A stretch of 64,000 nucleotides of DNA from Solirubrobacteraceae bacterium. Lineage in GTDB: Bacteria; Actinomycetota; Thermoleophilia; Solirubrobacterales; Solirubrobacteraceae. The notes under the pieces are model-generated. The model was given only the letters and a program-made list of their open reading frames with translations, did no database searches and was not told the origin of the DNA. Numbering within the stretch: position 1 is the stretch's first letter; each line of letters starts with the position of its first letter. Location: the NCBI GenBank assembly GCA_035504535.1, contig DATJRS010000112.1, forward strand, positions 106,631 through 170,630, given 5' to 3'. Positions 18,909 to 28,780 of the stretch are shown piece by piece. The translations under genes and the position numbers were made by a program.

Positions 18909-19855
18909 GCCGGCGACCCCTCGAGCAATTCGACGACCTCGCGCTCGTACGGCATCGCCGCGGAGCACAGCAGTCGCGACGCGACGATCCCGCCGGCCGC
19001 GTTCGCGAACGCCACGGTGCGCTCGGGCGCCCACTCGTTCAGGAGACCGTGGCACACGGCACCACCGAACGCGTCCCCCGCACCGAGGCCGCACACGACC
19101 TGGATCGCGGGTGGTGCGATCAGCCGCTCGCCCTCGTCGCTTGAGACGAGCACGCCGTCGCCGCCGAGCTTGACGATCGCCAGCTCGACCCCCTTCTCCC
19201 GCAGCCTTCGCGCCGCCTCGTGAGGATCGTCCGAGCCGACCGCCACCGCGCACTCCTCTCGGTTGCCGACCGCGATCGTCGCGTGCGTGAGCGCGCGCCC
19301 AATCCGGCGCGAGGCCTCCTCGCGCGAGCGCCAAAAGGTGGGGCGGTAGTCGAGGTCGAGGACCGTGTGGGCCCGGCGCGCCCGGGTGGCGAGCATCGCC
19401 TCCGCGGTCGAGCCACTCGGCTCCTGCGACAGGGCGCTCCCGGTGATCCACAGGATCGGCACCTCGCGCACCGTCGCGTCGTCGACCTCGCCGGCCCTGA
19501 GCTGGAAGTCGGGCACCGGCGGATCGCGGCGGAACCAGAGCTGGGGATCCTCGGGCGGGTCGAGCGCGGCGAAGGCCAGCGGCGTCACCGTCTCCGGCTC
19601 GACGCCCACGTAGCGAGTGTCCACGCCGAAGTCGCGCAGCTCGGCGATCGCGACCTCGCCGAACGGATCGGCGCCGACCTTGGTGTACACGGCCGCCGCG
19701 TGCCCCAGACGGGCGGCCGCGATCGCCACGTTGGTCGGGCTCCCGCCGACCGCCTTGCTGAAGGTATGCGCGGCGTGCCAGTCGGCACCGACTTGATCGC
19801 AGTACAGGTCGATGCTGATCCGGCCGACCGTGAGCAGCTCGAGGTCGCCCCGCAT
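18905..19855 (-). CDS. iolC: 5-dehydro-2-deoxygluconokinase (PfkB family)
   Basis: GRISIDLY, GGSPTNVA, LDLDYRP, GLGAGDAF. Confidence 0.92.
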   Translation of the reverse strand: MRGDLELLTVGRISIDLYCDQVGADWHAAHTFSKAVGGSPTNVAIAAARLGHAAAVYTKVGADPFGEVAIAELRDFGVDTRYVGVEPETVTPLAFAALDPPEDPQLWFRRDPPVPDFQLRAGEVDDATVREVPILWITGSALSQEPSGSTAEAMLATRARRAHTVLDLDYRPTFWRSREEASRRIGRALTHATIAVGNREECAVAVGSDDPHEAARRLREKGVELAIVKLGGDGVLVSSDEGERLIAPPAIQVVCGLGAGDAFGGAVCHGLLNEWAPERTVAFANAAGGIVASRLLCSAAMPYEREVVELLEGSPA

Positions 19856-19859
19856 CGAG

Positions 19860-20732
19860 CTACGCCGTCGTCTTGACCTCGGCCGCCAGCTCCTTCGCGA
19901 CCTCTTTGAGCTCGGGGTCACTCGAGCGCTGTAGCTCGTGACTGAGCTCCTCGAGCTCGGCGCCGCCCGCCATCATCGAGGTGAGCTCCTCGATCGAGGT
20001 CTCGGACTTGGCGTAGGAGCCGAACATGCGCCCGCGCTTGAGCAGCACGAACCGATCCCCCACGGGATAGGCGTGGTGCGGGTTGTGGGTGATGAAGATG
20101 ACCGCCCGACCCATGTCGCGCGCCTGGACCACGTACTTCAGGACGATCCCCGACTGGCGGACGCCGAGGGCGGAGGTCGGCTCATCCAGGATCAGCACCT
20201 TCGCCCCGAAGTAGACCGCCCGCGCGATCGCCATCGCCTGGCGCTCGCCGCCGGACAGCGTTCCCACCGTCTGGTCGGGGTCGCGAACGTCGATGCCCAT
20301 CTTGGACATCTCCTCGCGCATGATCTTCTGGGCTCCCTTGATGTCCATCCGCTGGAATGGCCCCTTGCCCTTGGTCGGTTCGTTGCCCAAGAAGAAGTTG
20401 CGCCACACCGACATCAGCGGCACGGTCGCCAGGTCCTGGAACACGGTGGCGATCCCATGGGCACGGGCGTCGCGCGGCCCGGCGAACGTCACCTCCTCGC
20501 CGTCGAACAGCACCTGGCCCTGGTCCGGCGTGTGCACGCCCGACAGGATCTTGATCAGCGTCGACTTGCCGGCACCGTTGTCGCCCAGTACGCACGTGAC
20601 CTCTCCGGGATAGACGGGCACGCTGATGTCCTCGAGCGCGTTCACGCTCCCGAAGTACTTGCAGACCGACCGGACCTCGAGCGTCGGAGTCCGGGCCGTG
20701 CTCTCACTCATGTTCGAAGCTCCTTCGGTCAT
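19860..20732 (-). CDS. Sugar (inositol) ABC transporter ATP-binding protein
   Basis: [20 protein letters not shown]. Confidence 0.93.
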   Translation of the reverse strand: MTEGASNMSESTARTPTLEVRSVCKYFGSVNALEDISVPVYPGEVTCVLGDNGAGKSTLIKILSGVHTPDQGQVLFDGEEVTFAGPRDARAHGIATVFQDLATVPLMSVWRNFFLGNEPTKGKGPFQRMDIKGAQKIMREEMSKMGIDVRDPDQTVGTLSGGERQAMAIARAVYFGAKVLILDEPTSALGVRQSGIVLKYVVQARDMGRAVIFITHNPHHAYPVGDRFVLLKRGRMFGSYAKSETSIEELTSMMAGGAELEELSHELQRSSDPELKEVAKELAAEVKTTA

Positions 20733-21820
20733 CGTCGCGCCTTCAGTGCCCGCCGGTAGATGAGGGTGTTGACGATCACGGCGAGGAACAGGATGACCCC
20801 GAGGAACGCGAAGTTCCAGGAGCTGTCCCAGCCGGCGTAGATCACGCCCTCGAACGCCATCCCAATGATGCACGCGCCCAGGGCGGCGCCGATCGCCGAG
20901 CCGTAGCCGCCGGTCAGCAGGCAACCACCGACCACCGCCGCGATGATGTAGAAGAACTCGTATCCGACGCCCTGCTCGGACACGGCCGAGGCCGCCTGCG
21001 TGAACGAGATGATTCCGACCAGGGCCGCGGCCACCGCCGTCCCGACGAACAGCACGATCTTGGTCCGGTTGACCGGCACGCCGGTGTTCCGGGCCGCGTT
21101 CTGATCGCCGCCGGAGGCGAAGATCCAGTTGCCGAACGTGGTCCGGCTGAGCACCCAGGTGGCGAAGATCGTCACCCCGATGAACCACAGGATCGCCGTC
21201 GAGTAGCCACTGGGCAGCGCCCCGCTCGAGAAGAACGAGCTGCCGAAGACCGACTTCGCGCTGCTCAGACCCGCCGGGTGGGGGGCGGTGACGGTGATCT
21301 GTGTGCTCCCGCTGTTGAGCAGCAGCACGCCGCCGGTACTCGCTCCTCGCAGGATGAAGAAGGTGGCGAGCGTGACGATGAAGCTCGGGAGCTTTGTGAA
21401 CACCACCAGGTATCCGTTGACGAGCCCGATGAACACCGCGAAGACGATCGTCGCGATCATCGCGGTCCACGTGTCCCAGTGGTATTTGCCGACCAGCAGC
21501 GCCATCACGATCGCGGTGACACCGGTCATCACGCCGGCGGACAGGTCGAACTCACCCCCGATCATCAGCAGACCAACCGGCACCGCGACGATCCCAAAGA
21601 AGGCGGCCTGCTGGGTCCACGCGGCCAGGCCCGGCTGCTTGAGCCACAGGTGGTTCGAGCTTGAGTCGGTGATCGCGAACAGGAGAAATACGAACACCGC
21701 GCCGAGCAGCGAGCCAAGCTCGGGGCGCCGCAGCGTCCGGGTGAGTCGGCTGATTGGAACCAGCCGTTCGTCTTGAGCCGCCGCGGGCGGCGTTGCTATC
21801 GGAGGTGAGGTGGCACTCAT
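20729..21820 (-). CDS. Sugar (inositol) ABC transporter permease
   Basis: [37 protein letters not shown]. Confidence 0.93.
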   Translation of the reverse strand: MSATSPPIATPPAAAQDERLVPISRLTRTLRRPELGSLLGAVFVFLLFAITDSSSNHLWLKQPGLAAWTQQAAFFGIVAVPVGLLMIGGEFDLSAGVMTGVTAIVMALLVGKYHWDTWTAMIATIVFAVFIGLVNGYLVVFTKLPSFIVTLATFFILRGASTGGVLLLNSGSTQITVTAPHPAGLSSAKSVFGSSFFSSGALPSGYSTAILWFIGVTIFATWVLSRTTFGNWIFASGGDQNAARNTGVPVNRTKIVLFVGTAVAAALVGIISFTQAASAVSEQGVGYEFFYIIAAVVGGCLLTGGYGSAIGAALGACIIGMAFEGVIYAGWDSSWNFAFLGVILFLAVIVNTLIYRRALKARR

Positions 21821-21864
21821 CGGTGGTGGTGGGGGGTGGTGGTGGTCCCTATCTATGTTTTCGC

Positions 21865-21894
21865 CACCGGGCGGGACGGCCTGCCCGCCCGGTG
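21865..21894. terminator. Intra-operon stem-loop after the substrate-binding protein gene
   Basis: CACCGGGCGGG...CCCGCCCGGTG inverted repeat. Confidence 0.55.
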
Positions 21895-21920
21895 ACCTTG
21901 TTCGTTGACTAGTTTCCTAC

Positions 21921-23000
21921 TCAGTCCTGTCCGGCGGCGATCGCCGCCGAGACCTTGCCGATGTTCGACTTGGTCACGACCAGCGGTCCGCTCGCGACGG
22001 TTGTGCCGCCGCCGACGGTCTGGCCGTTCTTGCGCTTGTACAGGTCGAGGAACACGATCGGCAGATAGCCCTGGAGGTACTGCTGCTGATCGATCGCGAA
22101 CGACATCGACCCGTTCTGGATGTCCGCCTGGACGCCCGAGTTCAGGTCGAACGTGGCGATCAACGGCTTGCTCGCCGGATTGCTCGTCACCAGCGCCGTT
22201 CCGATTGCATTGTTGAGCGTCATCACGGCATTGATGCCCGTGTGGGTCTGCAGGTAGGCCGTCACCTGGCCGATCGCCTGCTGCGGGTTAGATGCCGCGT
22301 TCGGGGTGGACAGCGTCAGCTCGGTGCACGCCGGGCCCGATGAGGGCGCTGAGCCGGTCTTGCACTGGGAACCGACGCCGAGCGCCGTGGCGATCCCGTT
22401 GCAGCGGTCGAGCAGGTTCTGTCCCGACTGGTGGATCACGCACAGGACATTGGTCTTTCCGAGCGATTTGAACTCCGCGCCCGCGGCCGCTCCGGCCAGC
22501 GATTCCGGCTGTCCGACGCACGTGAGCGCGTGGCTGGCCGCGATATCGGCGTCGTCACAACCCGCGTTCAGGAGCACCACCGGGATCCCAGCCGCCGCCG
22601 CCTTGGCCAGCGTCGGGTTCATCAGCGCCGGATCGTGATCGGACACGGCCATCCCGTCCACGTGCGCGTTGATCGCGTCCTGGATCTGCGCGTTCTCAGC
22701 GTTGTCGTCGGGCTCCGCCTGGCCGTTCTGCTGCGAGCCGTACGTCTCGGTGAGCGTGCACCCGAGGTCAGCGGCGGCATCCTTGGCGCCCTTGTAGACA
22801 ACGCTCCAGAAGCTTCCGTTGTCACCGTGGGTGATCAGCGCGAACTTGTACGGGCACACACCGGTGCTGGCCGAGATGTTCACCGCGCTGGTGGTGGAGT
22901 GGCCCGAGCTCTTGCTCGAACTGCTCCCGCACGCCGCCACCAGCAGGGCTGCAGCGCCCACCGCGACGACGATGCACAGACTGCGAGGCAGTCGTCTCAT
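21921..23000 (-). CDS. Sugar (inositol) ABC substrate-binding lipoprotein
   Basis: Lipobox VAAC; THGDNGSFW, ATFD, AIDQQQYLQGY. Confidence 0.92.
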   Translation of the reverse strand: MRRLPRSLCIVVAVGAAALLVAACGSSSSKSSGHSTTSAVNISASTGVCPYKFALITHGDNGSFWSVVYKGAKDAAADLGCTLTETYGSQQNGQAEPDDNAENAQIQDAINAHVDGMAVSDHDPALMNPTLAKAAAAGIPVVLLNAGCDDADIAASHALTCVGQPESLAGAAAGAEFKSLGKTNVLCVIHQSGQNLLDRCNGIATALGVGSQCKTGSAPSSGPACTELTLSTPNAASNPQQAIGQVTAYLQTHTGINAVMTLNNAIGTALVTSNPASKPLIATFDLNSGVQADIQNGSMSFAIDQQQYLQGYLPIVFLDLYKRKNGQTVGGGTTVASGPLVVTKSNIGKVSAAIAAGQD

Positions 23001-24064
23001 CGATTGATCTCCTCCGTCATGCGAGCCGTGTGGTGAAGGAAGGCGATGCTCTGCCGAGCGTCGCGCATCGGTCCGCCGGCCACCGTCGGCTCATCACCGG
23101 TGATGGCGGTGTCTTGTTCAAGCACGAGCCAACCGTCGTACCCGTGCACCTGCAGGGCGTCCATGACCTCGGCGATTCGGGCATCGCCCTGGCCGAGCGC
23201 CCTGAACAAACCGTTCCGCGTTGCGTCGAGCAGCGAGCGCTCCCCGGCTCTCACCTCGGCCGCGAGCTTCGCGTCGACATCTTTCAGGTGAACGTGCGCC
23301 ACGCGCTCGCCGTTCTCCTGGGCGAACTGCACCGGATCAAAGCCACCGATGAGGAGATGCCCGGTGTCCAGGCACCAACCGACATCGACAACTTCGAGTG
23401 CCCGCTCGACCTGCTCGGCCGTCTCGATCAACGTCCCCGCGTGCGGGTGGAGGGCCACCCCCATGCCGTACTCGGACGCCACCGACTCGACCTCGCCGCA
23501 GTGCTCGCCGATCCGCTGCCAACCCTCGTCGTCGAGCTCACGCGGCGCGCTCCACTGCATGTCTTGGACGGCGGCGATGACCAGCATCCCGGCGCCGGCC
23601 TCGCTCATCAGCTGCGCCGCCCTCCGCGCCTCTTCTATCGCCTGATCGGCGCGCGGCTCGTGCAGGACCAACGGGACGAACCCGCCGAGCAGCACCAGCC
23701 CGTGGCGGGCGAGCAAGGCAGCGAGCTGCCCGGGGTCCTCGGGCAAAAACCCGGGCGGGCCGAGCTCCGTCCCGCGCAGGCCAAGCTCGGCCATCTCGGA
23801 CAGCACGGTCTCGGGCGAGGGCATAACTCCCCATCCAGGCACCTCACACGCGCCCCAAGAGATCGGCGCGCCGGCGACCCGGTCGTCGACCCCCACGCCA
23901 TCGCGCTTACCGGGCCGCGCTACACCACCGCTCCCATCGGGACGCGCCCCACCACCGCTCCCATCGGGACGCGCCCCACCATCGCTCTGATCGGGACGCG
24001 CCCGACCATCGCTCTGATCGACCCTCGCCGAGGTGGCGCCCGACGACTCATGCGTGGCTTGCAT
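22997..24064 (-). CDS. iolE: Inosose dehydratase (IolE/MocC-like) with N-terminal repeat extension
   Basis: GAPISWGACEVPGWG, LHPHAGT, CLDTGH, HLKD, VLEQD; GGAGAG RBS at ATG 24064. Confidence 0.8.
   Translation of the reverse strand: MQATHESSGATSARVDQSDGRARPDQSDGGARPDGSGGGARPDGSGGVARPGKRDGVGVDDRVAGAPISWGACEVPGWGVMPSPETVLSEMAELGLRGTELGPPGFLPEDPGQLAALLARHGLVLLGGFVPLVLHEPRADQAIEEARRAAQLMSEAGAGMLVIAAVQDMQWSAPRELDDEGWQRIGEHCGEVESVASEYGMGVALHPHAGTLIETAEQVERALEVVDVGWCLDTGHLLIGGFDPVQFAQENGERVAHVHLKDVDAKLAAEVRAGERSLLDATRNGLFRALGQGDARIAEVMDALQVHGYDGWLVLEQDTAITGDEPTVAGGPMRDARQSIAFLHHTARMTEEINR
23915..24020 (-). repeat. Coding tandem repeat, about 4 copies of 24-27 nt (RPDGSGGGA / RPDQSDGGA)
   Basis: ACCACCGCTCCCATCGGGACGCGC x2 and ACCATCGCTCTGATCG x2. 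Confidence 0.8.
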
Positions 24065-24093
24065 CTCTCCGGTGTCCCTCTCTCTCCCAGGCG

Positions 24094-24269
24094 GTAGATC
24101 GCTCTAATCTGGGCTCACGATTAGAGCGCTCTAACGGACAGAGGCGCGACTATATCCCTCCCTTTCCGCCGAAGTCAAGGGCGCCGCCGGCAATTGGTGG
24201 CAGAAGCGCCGCGTCCCGCGCGTTATTGATAGAGCGCGCTAACACGATTGCAATGTTGTCGCGCTCTAA
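24094..24269. promoter_or_regulatory. Divergent iol/LacI control region with four operators
   Basis: TTAGAGCGCTCTAA perfect at 24121-24134; variants at 24094-24107, 24229-24242, 24256-24269; minus-strand TTGACT-18-TATAGT at 24178-24149. Confidence 0.82.
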
Positions 24270-24286
24270 GTAACGTCACCCCGCCA

Positions 24287-25360
24287 ATGTCCCCGCGCGA
24301 TCCCCTCTCCCATCACGCGCCCACGATGGAGGACGTGGCGCGCGAGGCGGGCGTGTCGCGGGCGCTGGTCTCGCTCGTCATGCGCGAGCGCCCAAACGTC
24401 TCGGAGGAGCGCCGCCAGCGCGTGCTCGACGTGGCCGCCAGGCTCGGATACCGGCCGAACGCGATGGCGCGCAGCCTGGCCAGCCGGCGCACCAAGACGG
24501 TCGGCGTGATCCTGGACGACCTGCGCAACCCGTTCTTCGCAGAGATCGCGGGCGGCGTCGAGGAGCTCGCCTCGCAGCTCGGTTACCAGCTGCTGCTCGC
24601 GGCCGGCGGGCGCCAGGCCCGGCGCGAGCGAGCCGCACTCGGAGCGCTGCTCGAACACCGGGTCGGCGGGATCATCCTGGTCAGCCCGCGCATGCCCACC
24701 GGCGACATCGTCGCCGCCGCGGCCGAGGCGCCGCTGGTGATGGTCGGGCGCAGCGTCCGCGGGGCCAACGCGGACACGGTGCTGATCAACGAGGCCCATG
24801 GCACCGGGCTGGTGCTCGATCACCTGGCCGGCCTCGGCCACGAACGGATCGCGCACGTCGACGGCGGCAGCGGCGCCGGCGGTCCGCAGCGCCGCTCGGC
24901 CTACCTGCGCGAGATGCGAGGCCGCCGGCTCGGCCGGCACGCCCTGGTGATCGCCGGCGACTTCACCGAGGAAGCCGGCGTCAACGCCGCCGCGGAGTTG
25001 TTGCGCAAACCCGAGCTGCCGACGGCGATCTTCGCCGCCAACGACATGGTCGCCGCCGGGCTGCTCGGCGGCTTCGATCGCGCCGGCGTCGACGTGCCCC
25101 GGGACGTCTCGATCGTCGGCTACGACAACATCTCGATCGCCCACCTGGCCCACGTATCGCTCACCACCGTCGATCAGCCGCGCACCGAGATGGGCCGTCT
25201 CGCGCTCGAGCTGCTGCTCGACCGGATCGAGAACCGCCGCGCCAACGAGGTGCGCCTGATCGAGCCCACGCTGGTGGTTCGCTCCACGACCGCGCCGCCG
25301 CGCACGCTCGCTTCCGCGCCGGTGACGGCGGTCGCCGGCGAGGCCGTCGCGAGCGGCTGA
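24287..25360 (+). CDS. LacI-family regulator of the iol cluster
   Basis: [35 protein letters not shown]; divergent from iol operon. Confidence 0.92.
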   Translation: MSPRDPLSHHAPTMEDVAREAGVSRALVSLVMRERPNVSEERRQRVLDVAARLGYRPNAMARSLASRRTKTVGVILDDLRNPFFAEIAGGVEELASQLGYQLLLAAGGRQARRERAALGALLEHRVGGIILVSPRMPTGDIVAAAAEAPLVMVGRSVRGANADTVLINEAHGTGLVLDHLAGLGHERIAHVDGGSGAGGPQRRSAYLREMRGRRLGRHALVIAGDFTEEAGVNAAAELLRKPELPTAIFAANDMVAAGLLGGFDRAGVDVPRDVSIVGYDNISIAHLAHVSLTTVDQPRTEMGRLALELLLDRIENRRANEVRLIEPTLVVRSTTAPPRTLASAPVTAVAGEAVASG

Positions 25361-25368
25361 CACCCGCG

Positions 25369-25520
25369 CCGCCTGGGTCATTTCCGCACACTCGCCCCCC
25401 GCCTGGGTCATTCCGCACACTCGCCCCCGCCTCCGCGGTGAAGGTGCATTCCGGCACGCATATCGGCCATGAGTGCACAATGGGACGGGGCGAATCGCCG
25501 AGTGTGCGGCCATGACCCAG
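25369..25520. repeat. MITE/REPIN-like element family B copy 1, left end duplicated
   Basis: Termini CTGGGTCAT..CCGCACACTCG / CGAGTGTGCGG..ATGACCCAG; 30-nt left end tandemly duplicated; homologous to 43555-43672 in inverted orientation. Confidence 0.7.
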
Positions 25521-26243
25521 CTGTGGCCAACTTCTCCCGCTGAACTGATCGGGGCGCAGCGCGCGCTGACGCTGGCGACCCCCGAGCCCTGGGTGCCGGC
25601 AAGCACCCCACTCGCGATCGGTGCGGTCGTCGTCGTGTTCGCGCGCCACCAGACCGGGCGCGGGGCGCGCGGCGATCCCGCGTGGGCGGCCGCAGCCGTG
25701 ATGCGTGCGGCGACCGTGATGCGCCGGTGGCGCATGCTTGGCGAAGCGACGATCGCCACCGCCGCCGCGGCGCCCTATGAACCCGGCTTGCTCGCCCTGC
25801 GCGAGGGACCGTCTTTGGAAGCGGCCGTGCGGGCGCTCCCGCTGCAGCCCGACGTGCTGCTCATCGACGCCACCGGGCGCGACCACCCCCGCCGCGCTGG
25901 GCTGGCACTTCACCTTGGCGCGGTGACCGACCTGCCCACCGTCGGCGTGACGCACCGTCCACTGCTCGCCGTCGGTCCATGGCCCGCGGATGAGGCCGGC
26001 GCGTACTCACCGCTCCGGCTGGACGGCGAGTGCGTCGGCGCATGGGTACGAACTCGGGCGGGAGCGCGGCCGCTCGCGGTGCATCCCGGATGGCGTACGA
26101 CGCTCGAGAGTGCCATCGAGGTGGTGCTCGCATCGGTACACGGCCACCGGACGCCCGAGCCGATCCGGCGCGCCCGACACCTCGCGCGCGTCGGACGGGC
26201 CATAAATGGGAAGCACGGAGCATGCAGCGCACCCGATAAGTAG
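25512..26243 (+). CDS. nfi: Endonuclease V-like protein (atypical active site)
   Basis: PYEPGLLALRE, LLIDATGRDHPRRAGLALHLG, PTVGVT, VHPGW, PEPIR. Confidence 0.75.
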   Translation: MTQLWPTSPAELIGAQRALTLATPEPWVPASTPLAIGAVVVVFARHQTGRGARGDPAWAAAAVMRAATVMRRWRMLGEATIATAAAAPYEPGLLALREGPSLEAAVRALPLQPDVLLIDATGRDHPRRAGLALHLGAVTDLPTVGVTHRPLLAVGPWPADEAGAYSPLRLDGECVGAWVRTRAGARPLAVHPGWRTTLESAIEVVLASVHGHRTPEPIRRARHLARVGRAINGKHGACSAPDK

Positions 26244-26278
26244 GGTGCGCGCGTCCCATCGAGACAAAGGAGGCTGGT

Positions 26279-26962
26279 ATGCCACAGGCTAGGAGCAGTG
26301 GTTCGGGGTCGGGCTCGAGTTCGGGCGGCTCTTCGCGAAGCGGTCAATCGAGGCGTTCGACGGGCAGCCGATCCGCCGGCAGTCGTTCGACGGGCAGCCG
26401 CTCGAGCGGCGGTGGCAGCAGCTCGAGCGGCAGCAGCTCGAGCGGCAGCGGCTCCACCGGCACGCGGCGTACTACGCGCAGTAGTAGTAGCGGCAGCGGC
26501 GGCACGAAGGCGCGGAGCACGAGTGCCCGCAGCACTCGCGCACGTTCCTCCTCGCGTTCCGCCGGTACGGCCTCGCGCAGTGGCGGTTCGACTCGCAGTG
26601 GCGGTTCGACTCGCAGTGCCGGTTCATCGCGCAGCGGCGCGTCCCGTGCCGGCAGCGCGCGCAGTGCCGCCGCCGGCGCCGCCGCGGCAGCACAGTCCGC
26701 GGTCGCTTCCGATCCTCGCGTTGAGGCGGTGGCACAGCGGATCCGCAAGCTGAACGAGCGGATCATCGAGGCAAGCCGGGAAGCGGGCGAAGTGACCCTG
26801 TCCAACTACGAGAAGACGCTCAAGGCGATCGCGGGCTCGATCGAGCGTGGACCGGGTCGCAGCGAGCTCGAGTGGGTCTCCTCGCTGGCCACCACCCAGG
26901 CCAAGTTCATCCGCGACGTGACCGCCGCCTGGACGTCGGCCGCGCGCGGAATGCTCAAGTAA
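26279..26962 (+). CDS. Protein with S/G/R/T-rich disordered N-terminus and amphipathic helical (phasin-like) C-terminus
   Basis: AAGGAGG RBS; about 135 aa low-complexity region then RIRKLNERIIE...EWVSSLATTQAKFIRDVT helix bundle. Confidence 0.75.
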   Translation: MPQARSSGSGSGSSSGGSSRSGQSRRSTGSRSAGSRSTGSRSSGGGSSSSGSSSSGSGSTGTRRTTRSSSSGSGGTKARSTSARSTRARSSSRSAGTASRSGGSTRSGGSTRSAGSSRSGASRAGSARSAAAGAAAAAQSAVASDPRVEAVAQRIRKLNERIIEASREAGEVTLSNYEKTLKAIAGSIERGPGRSELEWVSSLATTQAKFIRDVTAAWTSAARGMLK

Positions 26963-26973
26963 CCGGGCGTAGG

Positions 26974-28332
26974 TCAGGCAGCCAGATCACATCGGGACGC
27001 GGCGCGCCGCCGTCCGCGCCCGGCGAACGCTCCGGCGCGGGCGCGGGTGAGCAGCGCCACGGGCACCGTGGCGAGCACGGCTCCCGCGGCGGCGACCAGC
27101 GCGCCGCTCGGATCGGCCGCGCGCGCTGCGAGACCGACCGCCGGCCCGCCCAGCCCGACGCCGGCGTCGAAGTAGGCGAAGAACGCGCCCGCCGTCCGGC
27201 CGTGCCGGCTGGACGGCACCGACGCCAGCGCGAGCAGTCCGAGTGAGGGGACCGCCAGGCCCTGCCCAACCGCCATGACCACAAGCGCCACGAGCGCGGC
27301 CGGCGCGTTCGTGGCGACGCCCAGCCCGACCAGGCCCGCGGCCTCGAGCGTCACCGCTGCCGAGAGCGTGCGGGCAGGACCGAAGCGGTCCGGGATCCCG
27401 GCGAGGATGGTGCGGCTGGCAATCACACCCGCGCCGAATACCGGGATGACGAACGCCGCGATCCCGCTCTTCTGCTCGGTCGCCGCGGCCGCCCCGAAGG
27501 ACAGGATGGCGACGTAGCCGAAGTTGACCAGCATCAGCCCGAGTCCGGGGCGGAAGGTCGCCCGGAAGGCACTGGGCACGTCGGCGCCGCCCCGCTCGCC
27601 GCCGCCCCGCTCGCCGCCGCCCCGCTCGCCGCCGCCCCGCTCGTCGCCGCCGCCCCGCTCGTCCCCGCCCCGCTCGCCGCCGCTGCACCGCTCGCCGCCG
27701 GCCAGCTCGGCGCCGGCGACCTCGCCCCCGTCGTCGTGCGCAACGGCGTGCGCAGCCTCGTCCTTCCTGCGCGCCATCACGAATGCGAGCGCCGCCCCGA
27801 GCAGGGGCAGGATCGCCGCGGCGATCCACACCCGCGTGGGATGCGACTGGCCGACGAGCGCCTGCGAGAGCGGCGGTCCCACGGTCAGGCCGGCGTAGTT
27901 GGCCAGGCCGATGTGACCCATCGCACGGCCACGCCGGGCCGGACCCGCCAGTCGTAGCAGCCACAGGACCGTCGCCGCCATCATCGCGGCCTCGCCCGCG
28001 CCGACCGCGAGGCGGCTCGCGATCAGCGCCGGCAGCGCGGTGACGTAGGCCGGGATGGTGCCCACCGCCATGACCAGCGCGCCGGCGATCACCACGCGGG
28101 CGGGGCCGATCCGATCGGCGATCCGTCCTCCCTGGGGGCGTCCCAGCGCGCCGGTCAGCGCCGGCGCCCCAACCGCGAATCCGACCAGCACGGCGCCGCC
28201 GCCCAGCGAATGAACGTAGTCGGGAAGGATGCCGAGGACCGTCCCGAGTGCCGCGTAGCACAGGATCGCGGTCGCCAGCACGGTCAGATATCTGGTGCCG
28301 GCGCCGTTCTCCCGCGCACGCCGGCGCTTCAT
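26974..28332 (-). CDS. MFS transporter
   Basis: GRIADRIGP motif A, PDRFG in second half, about 12 TM; start uncertain (28332 or 28362). Confidence 0.85.
   Translation of the reverse strand: MKRRRARENGAGTRYLTVLATAILCYAALGTVLGILPDYVHSLGGGAVLVGFAVGAPALTGALGRPQGGRIADRIGPARVVIAGALVMAVGTIPAYVTALPALIASRLAVGAGEAAMMAATVLWLLRLAGPARRGRAMGHIGLANYAGLTVGPPLSQALVGQSHPTRVWIAAAILPLLGAALAFVMARRKDEAAHAVAHDDGGEVAGAELAGGERCSGGERGGDERGGGDERGGGERGGGERGGGERGGADVPSAFRATFRPGLGLMLVNFGYVAILSFGAAAATEQKSGIAAFVIPVFGAGVIASRTILAGIPDRFGPARTLSAAVTLEAAGLVGLGVATNAPAALVALVVMAVGQGLAVPSLGLLALASVPSSRHGRTAGAFFAYFDAGVGLGGPAVGLAARAADPSGALVAAAGAVLATVPVALLTRARAGAFAGRGRRRAASRCDLAA
27586..27699 (-). repeat. Coding tandem repeat (GGERG/GDERG)n in MFS central loop
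   Basis: Repeated CCGCCCCGCTCG units of 15-18 nt. Confidence 0.8.
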
Positions 28333-28537
28333 CACGGTGGTTTGGATCGTCGAAAAGGGCATGGTTTGATGATGGCCCCGAGACACTTCGATCAAGACCG
28401 AAATGTCTGATTCGGACCGTCGCCCGCGGCGCGGCAGCTCCGCCCGGACCCACGACCTGCATAACCCGACACTCGGCGTCGATCCGCGCGGCCGTGACGG
28501 GCTCAGCGTGCCCCGAGGGTGTCGCATGACTCGTGGC

Positions 28538-28686
28538 CGTTGTGACCGGCTCACAAGGGGCAATCAACACGCACCGCGTGAATCGAGCAAACTCTGGCGA
28601 TTGAGTCTCGGATACGTCAACTGAATCGCCAAAGTTCAGGCACGGGTCGCGTAAGCCGTCCGCTGCGTTGTGACCGAGACACAACG
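28538..28686. repeat. Pair of related short palindromes
   Basis: CGTTGTGACCGGCTCACAAG 28538-28557 and CGTTGTGACCGAGACACAACG 28666-28686. Confidence 0.5.
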
Positions 28687-28780
28687 AACCGCCCCGCCGC
28701 CGGTTTGTGCGACAGGCTCCCCACATGCGTAGTGCGTCACGGCTCGCCCGGCGGCCGGGGAGTGTCGAGTTGCGCAGGTT

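Noticed and set aside
19860-21470. 536-aa ORF suggesting permease-ATPase fusion
   Set aside because: The first half is off-frame overlap with the permease gene; the ATPase starts at 20732
25369-25430. Possible CRISPR repeats
   Set aside because: Adjacent tandem duplication without spacers; part of a dispersed element
26203-26240. Sigma28 promoter for the S/G/R-rich gene (TAAA ... CCCGATAA)
   Set aside because: Spacing between the elements is about 26 nt, far from 15
28541-28555. CRP/FNR box TGTGA...TCACA
   Set aside because: Spacer is 5 nt, not the 6 nt of the CRP consensus
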